Shown here piece by piece: positions 25,182 to 37,691 of a DNA stretch of 64,000 nucleotides (its first letter is position 1; each line of letters begins with the position of its first letter). The notes under the pieces were generated by a model. It saw only the letters and a program-made list of their open reading frames with translations, was not told the DNA's origin and did no database searches. The translations under genes and the position numbers were made by a program. The stretch comes from Oikopleura dioica. Its lineage: Eukaryota > Animalia > Chordata. Location: the NCBI GenBank assembly GCA_907165135.1, contig OU015566.1, positions 11,594,001 to 11,658,000 on the forward strand. The letters are read 5' to 3'.

Positions 25182-28100
25182 TTAAGGTCTTTTATCAATC
25201 GTCATTCTGCATCAATCATTCTTCTCTTATCAGCCCCCGTTTGTCAGCGAGACAGCAAGCGTCTTTGTCTTGAGTTTATGGTATGCAATCATGCGTCAGC
25301 TAATCTCAATTCTTGCTCAATCGTTGATCCCCACCCATGATCATTACCTGATCCTCTCAGCACCCGCCGCGAACTTGGGCGCTAATTCAACCAATTACCC
25401 CTTCACCGGACAATCTGATTCGAGCTTCAAACTTTTAAAAGAGCACAAAAACAGAGAATCAAAGCTTGGAATCAAGGAAGAAAACCTCCTCTATAATTTC
25501 GACGATATCGGTATTTAAATGATACAAAATCATAGAAAAAAGGTTGTCTTGACAAATTTAAGCCGCGCTATGCGCGGCTAGTTTCTGATTCAGCTCGAAG
25601 CCGCAAGCGGCTTCTTGGTTTTACTGATTCAGTATTTCTGTAGCAAGCGAATATGATTAACATGCCACTATATCAGTGAAAAGTAACACTTACTGAAGCA
25701 ACAGTATTTGCATAGCATGACAGAATAAAAAGTAAAATATTGACAGTGCAGGTGACGTCGAGCAGGTCCCTGCGCTCGGCTGAATCAAAGGGCCCACGAA
25801 CGAAGAATAGCAAAGAAAGAGAGAGAGTAGTGATTCACCGCCGCCGATCGAGTAGAGGTCCATTCAGTGGTGAAAGTTTCAAAAGAGAGAAAACATTTTC
25901 TTCGAAGCACTTGAATTTTTGTAAAGAAAAAAATCGAAATTCTATTGATTCAAGAGCTAAAAATGCGTAGAACTACAATCATTCCCTTTTTCAGCGCGAA
26001 CTTCAATATTTAACCGTCAAACAATAGATCCCGCTTACCGATCAAGCAGTCTGAAATTACAGCTTCAAATCTCCAGATAGAAAGATAGAGAAACGAAAGA
26101 AAGCCGAAGGTCAAAATATTTAGCGGCAGCTGGTGTTTTCAATTAATTTTAAGAACGAGGCGTTTTTACGGACTTTTTCGTTTTGTCCCGGAGATTACGG
26201 TTTTGTTGTTTTTTTTCGGTGAAAAGCTGGGTTTTTTCTCGGCACCCGGAATGAAAACGGAGAAAGAGGAAAAAAGAAGCGACACGAGAAAAATTTCAAG
26301 GGAGTAGTAAACGTTTTATGGCGTGGAATTTGGACCTTCATCAAATTTCAAAGAGAATATGACGGAATTTTAAGCAATTAAAGTCATGAAAAAGAATAAT
26401 TTCATCAATATTTTCGGCAAAAATTCGGGTCTAGGAATTTTAAATCGTAAAAAACACTAAGATCAATAATTATTGATGATTGTTTTTCTTGATCATAATT
26501 CAATAGAGCTTCCGTTATTTATTCCTATTCACGATGAATTGGTTTTATCTTATTTATAAAAAAGGCGTCTGAGAGACCCGCTGTCTGTCGCTGATTGTCT
26601 GTCAGTAATTGTTGTCGAGGTTTGATTGAATTAAATCAAAGAAACAGGGGATTAGTGCTCCCAAAAATATAATATCGAGACAGAGCAACCGAGGGCCAGG
26701 GCTGCCTGGGTGAAAGGGCATTTCTTTGTCGCCCGCGGAGCTCCCGTCACGTACGACAAATTCTAAACTCTTGTTCGCACTCGACTTCTTACAGAAACAA
26801 AGACTCAAAATTACAGATTTCGTTGAAAAATTATTTTGACAGAATTAAAAAGATAGCAAGAGAATGCGGTGAACGGACAAAATGAGCGGCATTTAGCCCA
26901 AAATGGCCGAGTAATTACTGAGCACTACTAGTGAGTCAGGCAGAGATTTTGTCTTCTGTGTTTGTTTAGGCCGATTTTTTCAGTGAACTTTCAATCTGAA
27001 AAGAGAGAGAAGTTATTGTGATGTTTAGAAAAAACAACTGGTCAAGGAGGAGGATCGTTTAAGTGTTTGGGTTAGAGAGGAAGCAAAAGGCCACTCTTCG
27101 GATTAGCCAAGCGGCAATTGAAATTTTTCAAAAGCAAAATATTTTTATTCTATTTTTTAATTTATAAATTTGGATTTTTGTATTCTGGTTTGAGCGATTT
27201 CGAACTTGAGCGCAACGAAAACCAGGGCGTATTTTTAATTTTTGATGGGTTCTCCTTTTGATCACTTTCCAGCGCGCGCGGATGGAAAAAAGGGATGAGC
27301 TCAGGTGAAGATTTGAGGCGCTTATCACTCCTTCAAAAGAGAAATGAGCACTTTCGAATCACTACGAATCTGTGTTCTACGAACACTTTTATGATATTTA
27401 TATTTTTAATAGAGATTAACGAAGAAAACGAAATTGGGTGAAATCAACGAAGAGAACTTTTTTTATCAGGGATTGAATTCGTTTTTTTTTTGTTCTAAAA
27501 ATAGTTTCGACTCGTCTTTTTTCGCTAAATTCAAGTAGGATTTTATTTCTTTGAATTCGAAAATAGATATTTTTCGCTTTGAAAAAGGGATTTTGAAAAC
27601 TCTGATCGTCTGAAAAGCTCGTGAAAAAAATCAAATTCCTCTGTGTTATTATAATAAGGAAGTGAACCGGGAAACTGCATTTTTATGGCTTTAGCTGCAA
27701 AATGCGACGAGCTGGGCTCATGGTCGTTTCATTCTTTTCTTAGCGCGCATTTTACAACCGCACATGCGTAAAGCCGCCTCAATTCAAAACGCCGCAATTG
27801 AACTTTTTTGATTTATCTCCCCCTACTCATGTCCTAGAGCTTTATTTTTAATTGAAAAGAAAAAGAACGGAAGATTAGCTTAGGAAAACCAGCAGAAACG
27901 GGTTAAATTTCGGTCGTAAAATTTCAAACGAGAGAAAAAACGGGCGACGTCAGAATGCTTTTTTACCCTTCAAGATTAGCTCGAGGATCTGACGGGATCT
28001 TCCTGTCACTCATCCTGTATTTACTTGTCCTATTCAGAAAGGGAAGCGTCCAAAAGGTCGACCTTTTATAAAAACGCGTCGTTATATTTTCTTCCTTATT

Positions 28101-29253
28101 TCTATACTCCCTAATAAGCCGCATCCGGTCCTACATTTTTTTTCGACAAAACAGAGAAACCTTCAAGTACAGTCAGATCCGTTTTTAGTCTTATTTAAAC
28201 TATTAGAAGAAGATTCTATTATTCAATTTTAAAGCAAACTGCTCCTTCTCATAATTAAATTCTTTTGAACCCAGTTTGCTTTCAGTGGGCTGCCGAAGTG
28301 ACGCTACTGTAGTAACACAGTGAGCCCTGTGCTGTGCAGTACTCGAATTTGATAATGAACACGCCCGAGGGCGAGCCACTGTTCTACGAGAGCACCCATC
28401 GACGTGACAAAACCACGAAGACCGTGGGAACATTTTTAAGCGTTTTTTTTATTTTTGAATTATTTTTTTTTAATTCTGAAAACTGATTGAAAGAGAGAAT
28501 CTGACGAAAATATTAACAGCCTTCGTAATCAACATCCTGATTTATATTTATAAAGCTAATTTTGAAGAAAAAGCCGTAAACTTCTAAAAACTAATATTTT
28601 TGAGAAAATTCTAGCGCGTAGCTTCTCTTATCTCATACTCACGTTAGGGCGTAAAATTTACAAAAGGGAGTTCTAAACTCATTTTCCCTGTTCCGTGCTG
28701 CGGATTTACGGCGGATTTTGTGAAATTTTAGCGTGACGTCAACCGTTTCCTAAACTCGCTGCCATTTCATAATCCTGCTGATACTGTAATTTACTTCGGG
28801 GGTACAGCAGCTCTTGTTTGAATACTTTTTCTATAGCCGTTTTCTTTTTATTTATTTATTGCTTTTATAGAGGTTGATCTATCTGTAGATCTTTTGATTA
28901 CATAACTAGTTGTGTTTATTTGAAAGTCGGAGAAATAACTGTATTCCCGGAAAAACAACCCTTTTCACACAATCACGCGATTTTTAAACATCCTCCGAAT
29001 GAACCCCTCTTTTTCTCAGCCCCTCTCTGCTCCCTTTTTCCCCTTATTTCCTGTGCCGGGTACTTATAAAAATCATGAAATCAAAATAACGCTGACGCTT
29101 TTCAGACTTGTATGAAATTGTGAGATCGTTTCAAATTTCAAACCGACAGTTCAAAAACACAAAAAAAACAGAGAGAGATTTCAATCAAGAGATTTTCGCA
29201 GAACGAAGATAGAAAAACTTTGAACAAAGAAAGAAAAAACTCAACTTGCAAAG

Positions 29254-32200
29254 ATGGGCAAAAAGGTATGGCGACGTTTAAGGGTGTCGTAACAAGTTAA
29301 AAATAATCGAGCTTTTCAAAAAATTGCCTATCTTCCCTTTTATAGGAATTCCTTCTTAGGGATCGTTGAATTCAAAGACGCAATTTTTGAAAAGCTCAGA
29401 TTTGCCGGTCGGATTTTTGTTTTTCCAGAAGAGTAAGAGACCTTGAAACGAGCTAGTCGAATCATGCTCAAAAATAGTAAAGCTCTTTTAACTTTTCTCT
29501 CGCAGTTGAGAAATCAGAGACAATATGAGTTGGAATAATGATAATTACGATGAGTACGTAAGCGGCCATGTGGCTGATACTGGCAGCTCTATGCCAAGAA
29601 AATCAGTAGTCGAGTCTCTTATGGGCTCGTATGATTTTAACCAGTCGCGGGAGGAGGTAAATGCCGTTACAGTAGGGGACGTAGAGACCATAAAAACCCA
29701 GCATGCGAAAGCAAAATATAATCCGATCGGCAAATTCCTTTGATGTTATGTTTATTTTAACATGATCAAAGTGGTGTTAAAAACATTAACTTCCTACAGA
29801 AAGGCGCTATTATAAGACCATGCATGGTCCAATAATGACCCGTTTCTGTTAATAAAGATTGAAATTTGAATTGCTTGGACTTACAGATCTACTTACAGGA
29901 CTTTTCACTTGCTTCCTCTACGAAGGAATCTAGCTCCAAAAAATCCAAAATGGTAAACACACAAAAATAAACCACTCACAAAATAAAACGAAATAACATT
30001 TGCTTCTAAAAATCCAAAAACTTGGAGCATCACCAAATTAATTTTAAAATTATCAAAAAATAAACGCGCTCATAATTTCACCGCACACTGATTCCATACT
30101 CGCACTTTTGCTTATCCCGCTTCACCTTCGCAGATCCAATTGGCAGGCACGTGATGCCATGAAATGCCATAATTGCTTGTTTAAAAAATGAGCTCAAAAA
30201 TTGGATCGAACTCCGAACTCTTCCATAACCTGATCTTTTTGAAGAGTAAAGCCTTAAATCCGCTTCCCTCGAAAAAAAAATCTCAACCACACCTCGACCA
30301 CGTGATCAGGCCACTTTGCATGATTTATTGAGCCCAGGACGGGGCGGATTATCCAAAATTGATCCGATCTTCGTCTGGCTTTTGCTTCACGTTTTTTTTT
30401 CTTCTTTTCTGAAACACTTTGGAATTCTTTAATTTAGCTCCAGATATGCGTGACCACTATGGATGCCGAGCTGGAGTTTGCCATCCAGTCCAGCACAACA
30501 GGTTAATCAAAATAATTCTTCAACGGGTTAAAATCCCAAAAACATCTCTTACTATTCAAGAAAGTTATTCGCGACCTTTAAAAAATCTCTAGGAAAACAA
30601 CTATTCGACCAAGTAGTAAAAACCATCGGCCTGAGAGAGATCTGGTTCTTCGGCCTACAGTACGTCGACTCCAAGGTACAAAAATTATCACTACGTGGCA
30701 GCGAGTTAACCAACAGTGATCAATTGATTTCCTCCGCGGGTGTCAGGTCATCCTGGTGAACTCGACCATTTTTTTCTTCTCTTTCTCTTGTCGGGTCATA
30801 AATTCCCACTTCAGGGCTTTATCACGTGGTTGAAGCTGAACAAAAAGGTGAACGCGCAAGATGTGAAAAAGGAGACGGGGGACAATGCCATTTACAAGTT
30901 CAAGTTCAAGGCCAAGTTCTATCCGGAAGATGTCTCCACGGAGCTCATTGAAGAGATCACTCAGAAATTGTTCTTCCTTCAAGGTGAAACCCGTTTTTCC
31001 TTACAATTATCACACCCTATTATAGTCAAAGAAGCGATTCTTACAGACGATGTGTACTGTCCTCCCGAAACTTCAGTCCTACTTGCTAGTTATCAAGTCC
31101 AGGCCAAGTTCGGTCCCTTCATCAAAGATGTCCATAACGCTGATTACCTCGACAACGAAAGATTACTTCCCGAACGGTAACTCATTAATATTCCAAAAGA
31201 AAGCCTAACTTCGCCTCTAGTGTTATCAAACAACATCGAATGAGCAAAGAAGACTGGCAGGAGCGCATTTCCCAGTGGCACCAAGAACACGGCTCGATGC
31301 CGCGGGAAGAGGCAATCATGGAGTACCTCAAAATCGCTCAGGACTTGGAAATGTACGGCGTCTCGTACTTTGAAATCACGAACAAGAAGAAGACCTCGTT
31401 ATACCTCGGCGTCGATGCTCTAGGTAAACATGGGATCCGCGTGTACTGAATACCGGAATGTTATTCTAGGGCTGAACATTTACGAAAAGAAGGATCAACT
31501 CACGCCCAAAATCGGCTTCCCATGGAGCGAGATTAGGAACATCTCCTTTTCGGACAGAAAGTTTGTGATCAAGCCAATCGACAAGAAAGCGCCCGACTTT
31601 ACTTTCTGGGTTGAGAGGCTGAGGATAAACAAGAGAATTCTAGCTCTCTGTATGGTAAGTCCGAAAATGTTTAATTTATCTAAACAAGTCAATTTTCTAG
31701 GGCAACCACGAGTTGTACATGAGAAGACGCCAGCCCGACCCAATCGAGGTCCAGCAAATGCGAGCTAAAGCAGAGGAAGACCGACAAAAACGAGAGCTCG
31801 AGAGGTAAAAACCGTAAATTAATTCAAACGCGCTAACCCCTTTACTTTAAAAACTTATGCATAATTTCAATGAGACCATGTTTTTAATCAGTTATTAGAC
31901 AGCGATTTGAGAGCGAGAGAAACCGAGCTCGAGAAGAAGAAGCTGCCAGACTCCAACTCGAGAAAGAAAAAGAGGTTTGAACAAATATATTTTACAGAAG
32001 AAATTTAAATATCTTTAGGCCCTGAAAGCCCAGCTTCTTGCGACAGAAGAAGAGCGAAACCGATTCCGAGAGGAAACTCAAGCTTACCAGTCTCAGTTGG
32101 ATCAGAAAATGAACCAGCTTGCGCAGATGCAGGAGGAGGTGAGGAAGAAGATTATGGTTAATTTGGGATAACACTTTGTAGATTTCACGAATCGAACGCG

Positions 32201-35200
32201 AACGATTAGAAATGGAGGAACTTCGACGATCTGCAGATGAGCAGCTTGAGGAACTTAGGGTAAGACGAATTATTCAAGATTATCAAATTGTAACATGTCT
32301 TTTCTTCTTCGTAGAAAAACCAGGATATGGACGCGGAAGAAAAGGCCCGAATCGAAGCTGAAATGGCCGAAAAACTCGAAGCACTTTCTCTGATGGAAAA
32401 GGAGAAGCGCGAAAAAGATGAGGAGCTGGAACAAATTCGCCTTCAGGTACACACTAACGTATTCGCGGGTACTATTATTCCTAGGCTTACCGGACTAAAT
32501 TTCGACTCATATTTCTAGCTTAGTTTGGTGGTCATATGACACAGTTTTAGAAAGCCTAGCTTCTGGGCTTTCATTTGGGCACAAATTCAAGGGGTCTGGC
32601 TCATGCCCGCAAGGCAATTCATGGGACCTGAAGTCCCAAAATAGGTACTAAAATACTTCAAACTATTTTTCGATGGCCGTCCGGGCTCGAGAGTAGTCAA
32701 AAGTCATATATTTAGAAAGCTCAGGCTCTGAGCTTTCAGTAGAGCTCAAGAAATCTTAGCGCCAGGCGGTTAGTGGCCACCTGGAGGCGCTAGAAGTTGG
32801 CGGTGAAAATCCGGAAATGCCGGAAAACTCGGTTTTTGAGTTCTAAACTCTACAATTATGTGTATAAAACATATACAAACAATAATTAAAGCATTAAAAA
32901 GTTGAACCGAGGTCAAACCGGGTGGTCAACCGGGTGGTTCATCGTTGGCCATATTTCCATGTTTTTGAAGGTTTCTAGAGTTTAACCACCCGGTTCGACG
33001 ACGGTTCAACTTTTTAATGCATTAATTATTGTTTATAAATGTTTTATAAATATAATTGGAGAGTTTAGAACTCAAAAACCGAGTTTTCCGGCATTTCCGG
33101 ATTTTCACCGCCAACTTCTAGCGCCTCCAGGTGGCCACTAACCGCCTGGCGCTAAGATTTCTTGAGCTCTACTGAAAGCTCAGAGCCTGAGCTTTCTAAA
33201 TATATGACTTTTGACTACTCTCGAGCCCGGACGGCCATCGAAAAAATAGTTTGAAGTATTTTAGTACCTATTTTGGGACTTCAGGTCCCATGAATTGCCT
33301 TGCGGGCATGAGCCAGACCCCTTGAATTTGTGCCCAAATGAAAGCCCAGAAGCTAGGCTTTCTAAAACTGTGTCATATGACCACCAAACTAAGCTAGAAA
33401 TATGAGTCGAAATTTAGTCCGGTAAGCCTAATTATTCCTCTCATCGCTGTTGTGTCGGCCAACAAAAAGTTCCAAGGATTCACTTGATAATGTGATTTCT
33501 TGTGCTGGCAAAACAAACTCAATACAAACACACGGTGTTGAAGAAAAATAGCTTCGTGAATCTGGTTAACGTGAAAGAGGCTTTAAATTGGGCAACGTTT
33601 TATTGAATTAGAAATGCTTGGAAATTTTATCAATCAAACGGATTGAGACCTAATCCGATTTGACGTAAAAGCTTCAGCGTTAGAACACGTCGGCTTTTTC
33701 GATAATCTTTTTAACACCACAATTAAAATCTTGTAGCAACTCGAGCTCCAAGAGGCGATGTCAGCCGAGCGAAAAGCGATGGAGCAGAAGGAGAAGGAGT
33801 ACCAGGAACGTCAACAGGAAATTCTTAAGGAAGAGGAAGCCAAACGCGAGGCCGAGATTATCGCACTTAGCAGGGATCACTATCTGACCTCAGTAGTTCG
33901 GCCTATGCACGAACACTGCATACACCGGATGACCCGGGATCCGCTGATGCCACCTCAAAGAGGCCTCTTTCAGAACAAGAGTTGAAACTTTGGGGCGCAT
34001 TTCACGGATCCGCCAATATTTCAGTTAGTGATCCCTATTAACAGAGATCAAATTCAACGGGATCGGGACGAGGAAACTCGGCAAACCGAGGCCCAGCGAA
34101 ATAAGGAGCTCCATGCTCAACTGGAGGTAAGTATCAATAGAATAGGGACACCAGTACACTGCAGGTAAAACAGAAAAGACTGTGTTTGGTTCCTCTTTGA
34201 TCAGGGAGGCGGCACGCATTATGTCACTGCTCACCACCTTCACGGTGGCGGTGGCGGCTCCACCGGCTCAGTTCAGACAACTGGCTCAGAGTCGGGCCAT
34301 TCTGCCCATGCTCATTTCTTGCCACGAGAGCAAAATAGCGTGCTCTATGAATCACAAATGGAACTCGATGTTGAAGACGTTCGTGATCTTCCTAGGTACA
34401 TCCGATTTTTTTCGCTACGTTTCTTTATGATTTTCTAGCTACTCGTTTCAATTTGGCCTCCAAGAGCCTTCCCGAAGACCATTCCCACTGCCTATTTACC
34501 CTGCACATTCTAGCACAGCTCCTACAAGGTGAACAGTCACAATTCTACTAAAATAACACTTGAATTACTGTAGCACACAATCAACAATGGATCGAAGTCA
34601 ATGGACCGACGCTACTGGCTCGCTTTATCCAACTTCTGCCAGAAGAGGTAGCTTTGACTCGAGCATAGCACCTGCCACTCCCAATCCAAATGTCAAATAT
34701 CAGGTGCTGAACTTTAAGACTCAACTTCGCTAGCGATTAATTCTAGCGGCATTATAAGTCGATAAACGTGAGACCGGATAAACGAAACTTACTCGCATAT
34801 CAGCAAAGAAGAGCCGAGTTAAATAACCCTTATCATTCGAGGTAAGAGTTCACTGGTACAGAGATGGATCATTCCTTATCATCTGCTGTTTTTCTAGTAC
34901 GAGCCTGAGCAGTCGGCCGAACATCGATCAACACTATTTATCAGCAAGTGATCTTACGGGCCCAATAGCGCCCATAGCTGATCTCAAAAAACGACGACTT
35001 ATGCTTCACGTAGGCCGCCAGATGGCGTGAGAATGCAGTGCACAAAAACAAAAAGAATGAGAGATCATGAAGAAAGATTGCGGAGAATCTTCTTTATTAA
35101 AACAAAAACGAAAAGAAACAGGGTGTGCCTGAAACTCTAACACAAGGAATGAGCCCAAGGGCGAACCAAATGTAGTTTTACTTTTGCCTGTGGTGTACTG

Positions 35201-35663
35201 TAGTGTGCTTGAAAAAAACAATCTAACCAACTAACTTACTCACATTTCTAACCTTTCTTCCAGGAACTCAAAAACCAGCTTGGTGATCTGAAGGACACTA
35301 ACGCCACGACGGTGATGGATCAAATCCACGCAGAGAATGTCAAACAAGGACGAGATAAATACAAGACTCTCAAGGTAAAATGTTCAAAGTAAAATTATTG
35401 AATCAAAAGAGCTCGTTGCATATTTTATAAATTCTAGCGCTCTTGTAGAATTCTCGAGGTAAAATTAACCGGGTCTTATTAACATGCCAGGTTTGAACAG
35501 ACCCTGTTTTACAGGGTTCTTAATGATTCAATAGAGATCAATTTTAAGGGTACCTCTATCATATTTTCTTCTTAGCTTGAGAGGACAAAAAGTAAAGACT
35601 AAATTCTAGCAAATCCGCCGAGGCAATACCAAGTCGCGAGTCGATCAGTTTGAAGCACTGTGA
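29254..35663 (+). CDS. ERM protein (ezrin/radixin/moesin orthologue)
   Basis: MGKK|[17 protein letters not shown]..., complete FERM domain ([37 protein letters not shown]), coiled coil and [15 protein letters not shown]|[17 protein letters not shown]. One junction (~33855-34044) is ambiguous. Confidence 0.97.
29525..29656 (+). CDS. Candidate alternative first coding exon of the ERM gene (44 aa)
   Basis: Acceptor at 29505, ATG at 29525, GT donor in phase 0 matching ERM exon 2; not in frame with the MGKK exon. Confidence 0.55.
32482..33430. mobile_element. Non-autonomous hAT-type foldback element, 949 bp, in ERM intron
   Basis: TAGGC termini, ~440 bp near-perfect inverted arms, 8-bp TSD ATTATTCC (32474-32481, 33431-33438). 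Confidence 0.95.
34205..35030 (+). CDS. Five in-frame alternative exons of the ERM gene (206-aa low-complexity insert or alternative C-terminus)
   Basis: 34205-34395, 34439-34528, 34574-34703, 34747-34841, 34898-35009 (or to stop at 35030); all GT-AG, phases chain 0-2-2-0-2-0, no stops. Confidence 0.75.
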
Positions 35664-36349
35664 GAAACCCTGGCCGAAGATCCTAAGTCCAACCTTCAAT
35701 TTCTGGAAGATCTATAAGCAACTCACGACTGTGCCAAAAAAATTATCCCGCAAAACATCCAAAAAACCAAAAAAGCGCTGCCTCCTTCGAAAAATAAAAA
35801 TTCTGGGCTCCTAGCCGGTGGCGCCCGCGAGCCCAGATTCCTAGCCTAACCCAAATCTTACCCATTTTCAAACCGATTCCCTAACTTATTCCGTTCTTCT
35901 TGAAAATTGTTAAATTAAATTTGAAACGACTAGACACAACAAAAACGAACAGCATGACAGATTTTGAAAGCCTTAAGACTGTACATTCAGCGTACTTCAC
36001 AATCGCAGATTTAAGGGACCCCCTGACGGTAATTTTTCGACCTTTCATCCAACTTTATTTTCAACCTCTTCTCCAACTTTTTGCTTCACAAAAATTATCG
36101 CTGGGAGTCCCTTTTACCAATAATATTGAGAAAAAACGGCCTTAGACTAATAAAAAAACCTTCCCTTTCAAAAAAGACAACAATTAACCCCCCAGCGCCG
36201 CCCCAAGTTCACCTATCTCTCGCTCAAAATTTCAACAACAAAATCTCTTCTTTATCTCGACGCGAAATAATCTGTAATTATATTATCAAACACAACAAAA
36301 CAACAAAACAAGTGTTTTCCGTGTTTCTTGGTTCTCCTCTTCGCAGGTT

Positions 36350-37164
36350 TCAGTCATCAGGATAGTTAGCGTCAAATCCATCTAAAACAGAGTGAACTTC
36401 TATCTTTCGACCACTTTGGAGTGCGGTCACGAGAAGGCCACACAACGTGGTCCTCCCGATATTGACCTGTCGAGCAGTCGACCGACCTGTCGCGTCCATG
36501 TCATCCAAGTTCTCGTCCTGCATAATATCATCGTTTAAGAAATCCTCTAAAAGGCATAAATTCCCTATGAATATCCTAAATTTCCTCCGCACCGTAATCT
36601 TCTTGTTCCTCGTCTTCATCATTATCCGAATTCAAAGATTCCATTTCACCGGCTCGCGAAGCACCTGCCGTGCCCTTTCGATCAACTGAAAAATATGCGC
36701 TCAGCACCATGTGCAGGGAAAAACGTTAATTACTGTCATAGTCGATGTCAGCAAGTGCCAGCGTACTGTCGAACAGCATCGCTGAAATTTAACCTTTTTT
36801 GATCACAACACGTTTTTTTGGCTTACCTAGTCTTTAAAAAAAGCTCAAATTTTAATCTATTTTTATCGGTTATAATTAATGAAAAAGCTTATTTTTGGTA
36901 TCCAGAAATATTTTCCCCTTTTTCAAAAAAGATAAAGAGAGACCTAATTTACGGGAAAACGGTCTAAATTGATTCGTAGGGAGTAATCTTTCGAGCTGCC
37001 CCTAACCCTAACCCTAACGCGGGGCGCTTTTGGTGCGCGTTATTGAACATTAGAGCCATTTTCCTAAGATACGATTCCGAAAAAGAAATTTTCTCCATTT
37101 CTGTCGATTTCGTTTCCTCCTCTCTTTCAGCATCTTCTCTCAAACATGCGATGCAGCTTCCCAT
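36350..37164 (-). CDS. Uncharacterised acidic protein (~165 aa) with N-terminal MGSCIAC motif
   Basis: Exons 37164-37019, 36963-36953 (11-nt microexon), 36781-36734, 36685-36593, 36546-36350; all GT-AG and phase-consistent. Confidence 0.7.
37000..37018 (-). repeat. (TTAGGG)3 telomere-like tract forming an intron 5' end
   Basis: Minus strand reads GTTAGGGTTAGGGTTAGGG directly after the predicted exon end. Confidence 0.6.
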
Positions 37165-37691
37165 CAATACTTTTGTGAGGCTAAAGAAGAAATTGAAAAT
37201 GCATCTTCGGCTTTGTTGAAAATCCTTTTCGGCCTTTGAAAATGTCCCCGCTAATATACGAAAGTGAAAGATGTTCATTCGCGCATTTGAACAGCTCGTC
37301 AAGTCGGATTATTTTTCGCAGAATGACGTGATGACCCAGAAAAAACGTACTCAACCTTTTTTGACTTTTCCCATTTGAAAGAACAAAAGCAGATCGGAAG
37401 AAACCCTGCTGATGAATTTAATAAACATAAAATCTTGAGCGATAAGCGCTGCGTATTCGTATAATCAGCAGCACCAAAAAATCCAAATTGAAGTGGGAGC
37501 TCACTCTAGCGGCGGCCGGAGCTCTCTTTTTTTCCTTATCGCTGCGGGTGATTTAGCGCTACCGCTAAAACGGATACTTTACGTTTCTAGCAGAGTGAAG
37601 ATTTTTAAGAATAATTAAAAAAAACTTAAACTCAAGCAGTCAAAGAAATAGAGAGAGTCAAAAGAAGAGAAAAAATTATAGAAAGAAAAAG

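Noticed and set aside
25350-25518. Exon-like segment ending ..LYNFDDIGI*
   Set aside because: Good acceptor and stop, but no upstream start could be linked in frame; left unannotated.
28203-28433. 76-aa minus-strand ORF upstream of ERM
   Set aside because: No motif or splice support; chance-length ORF.
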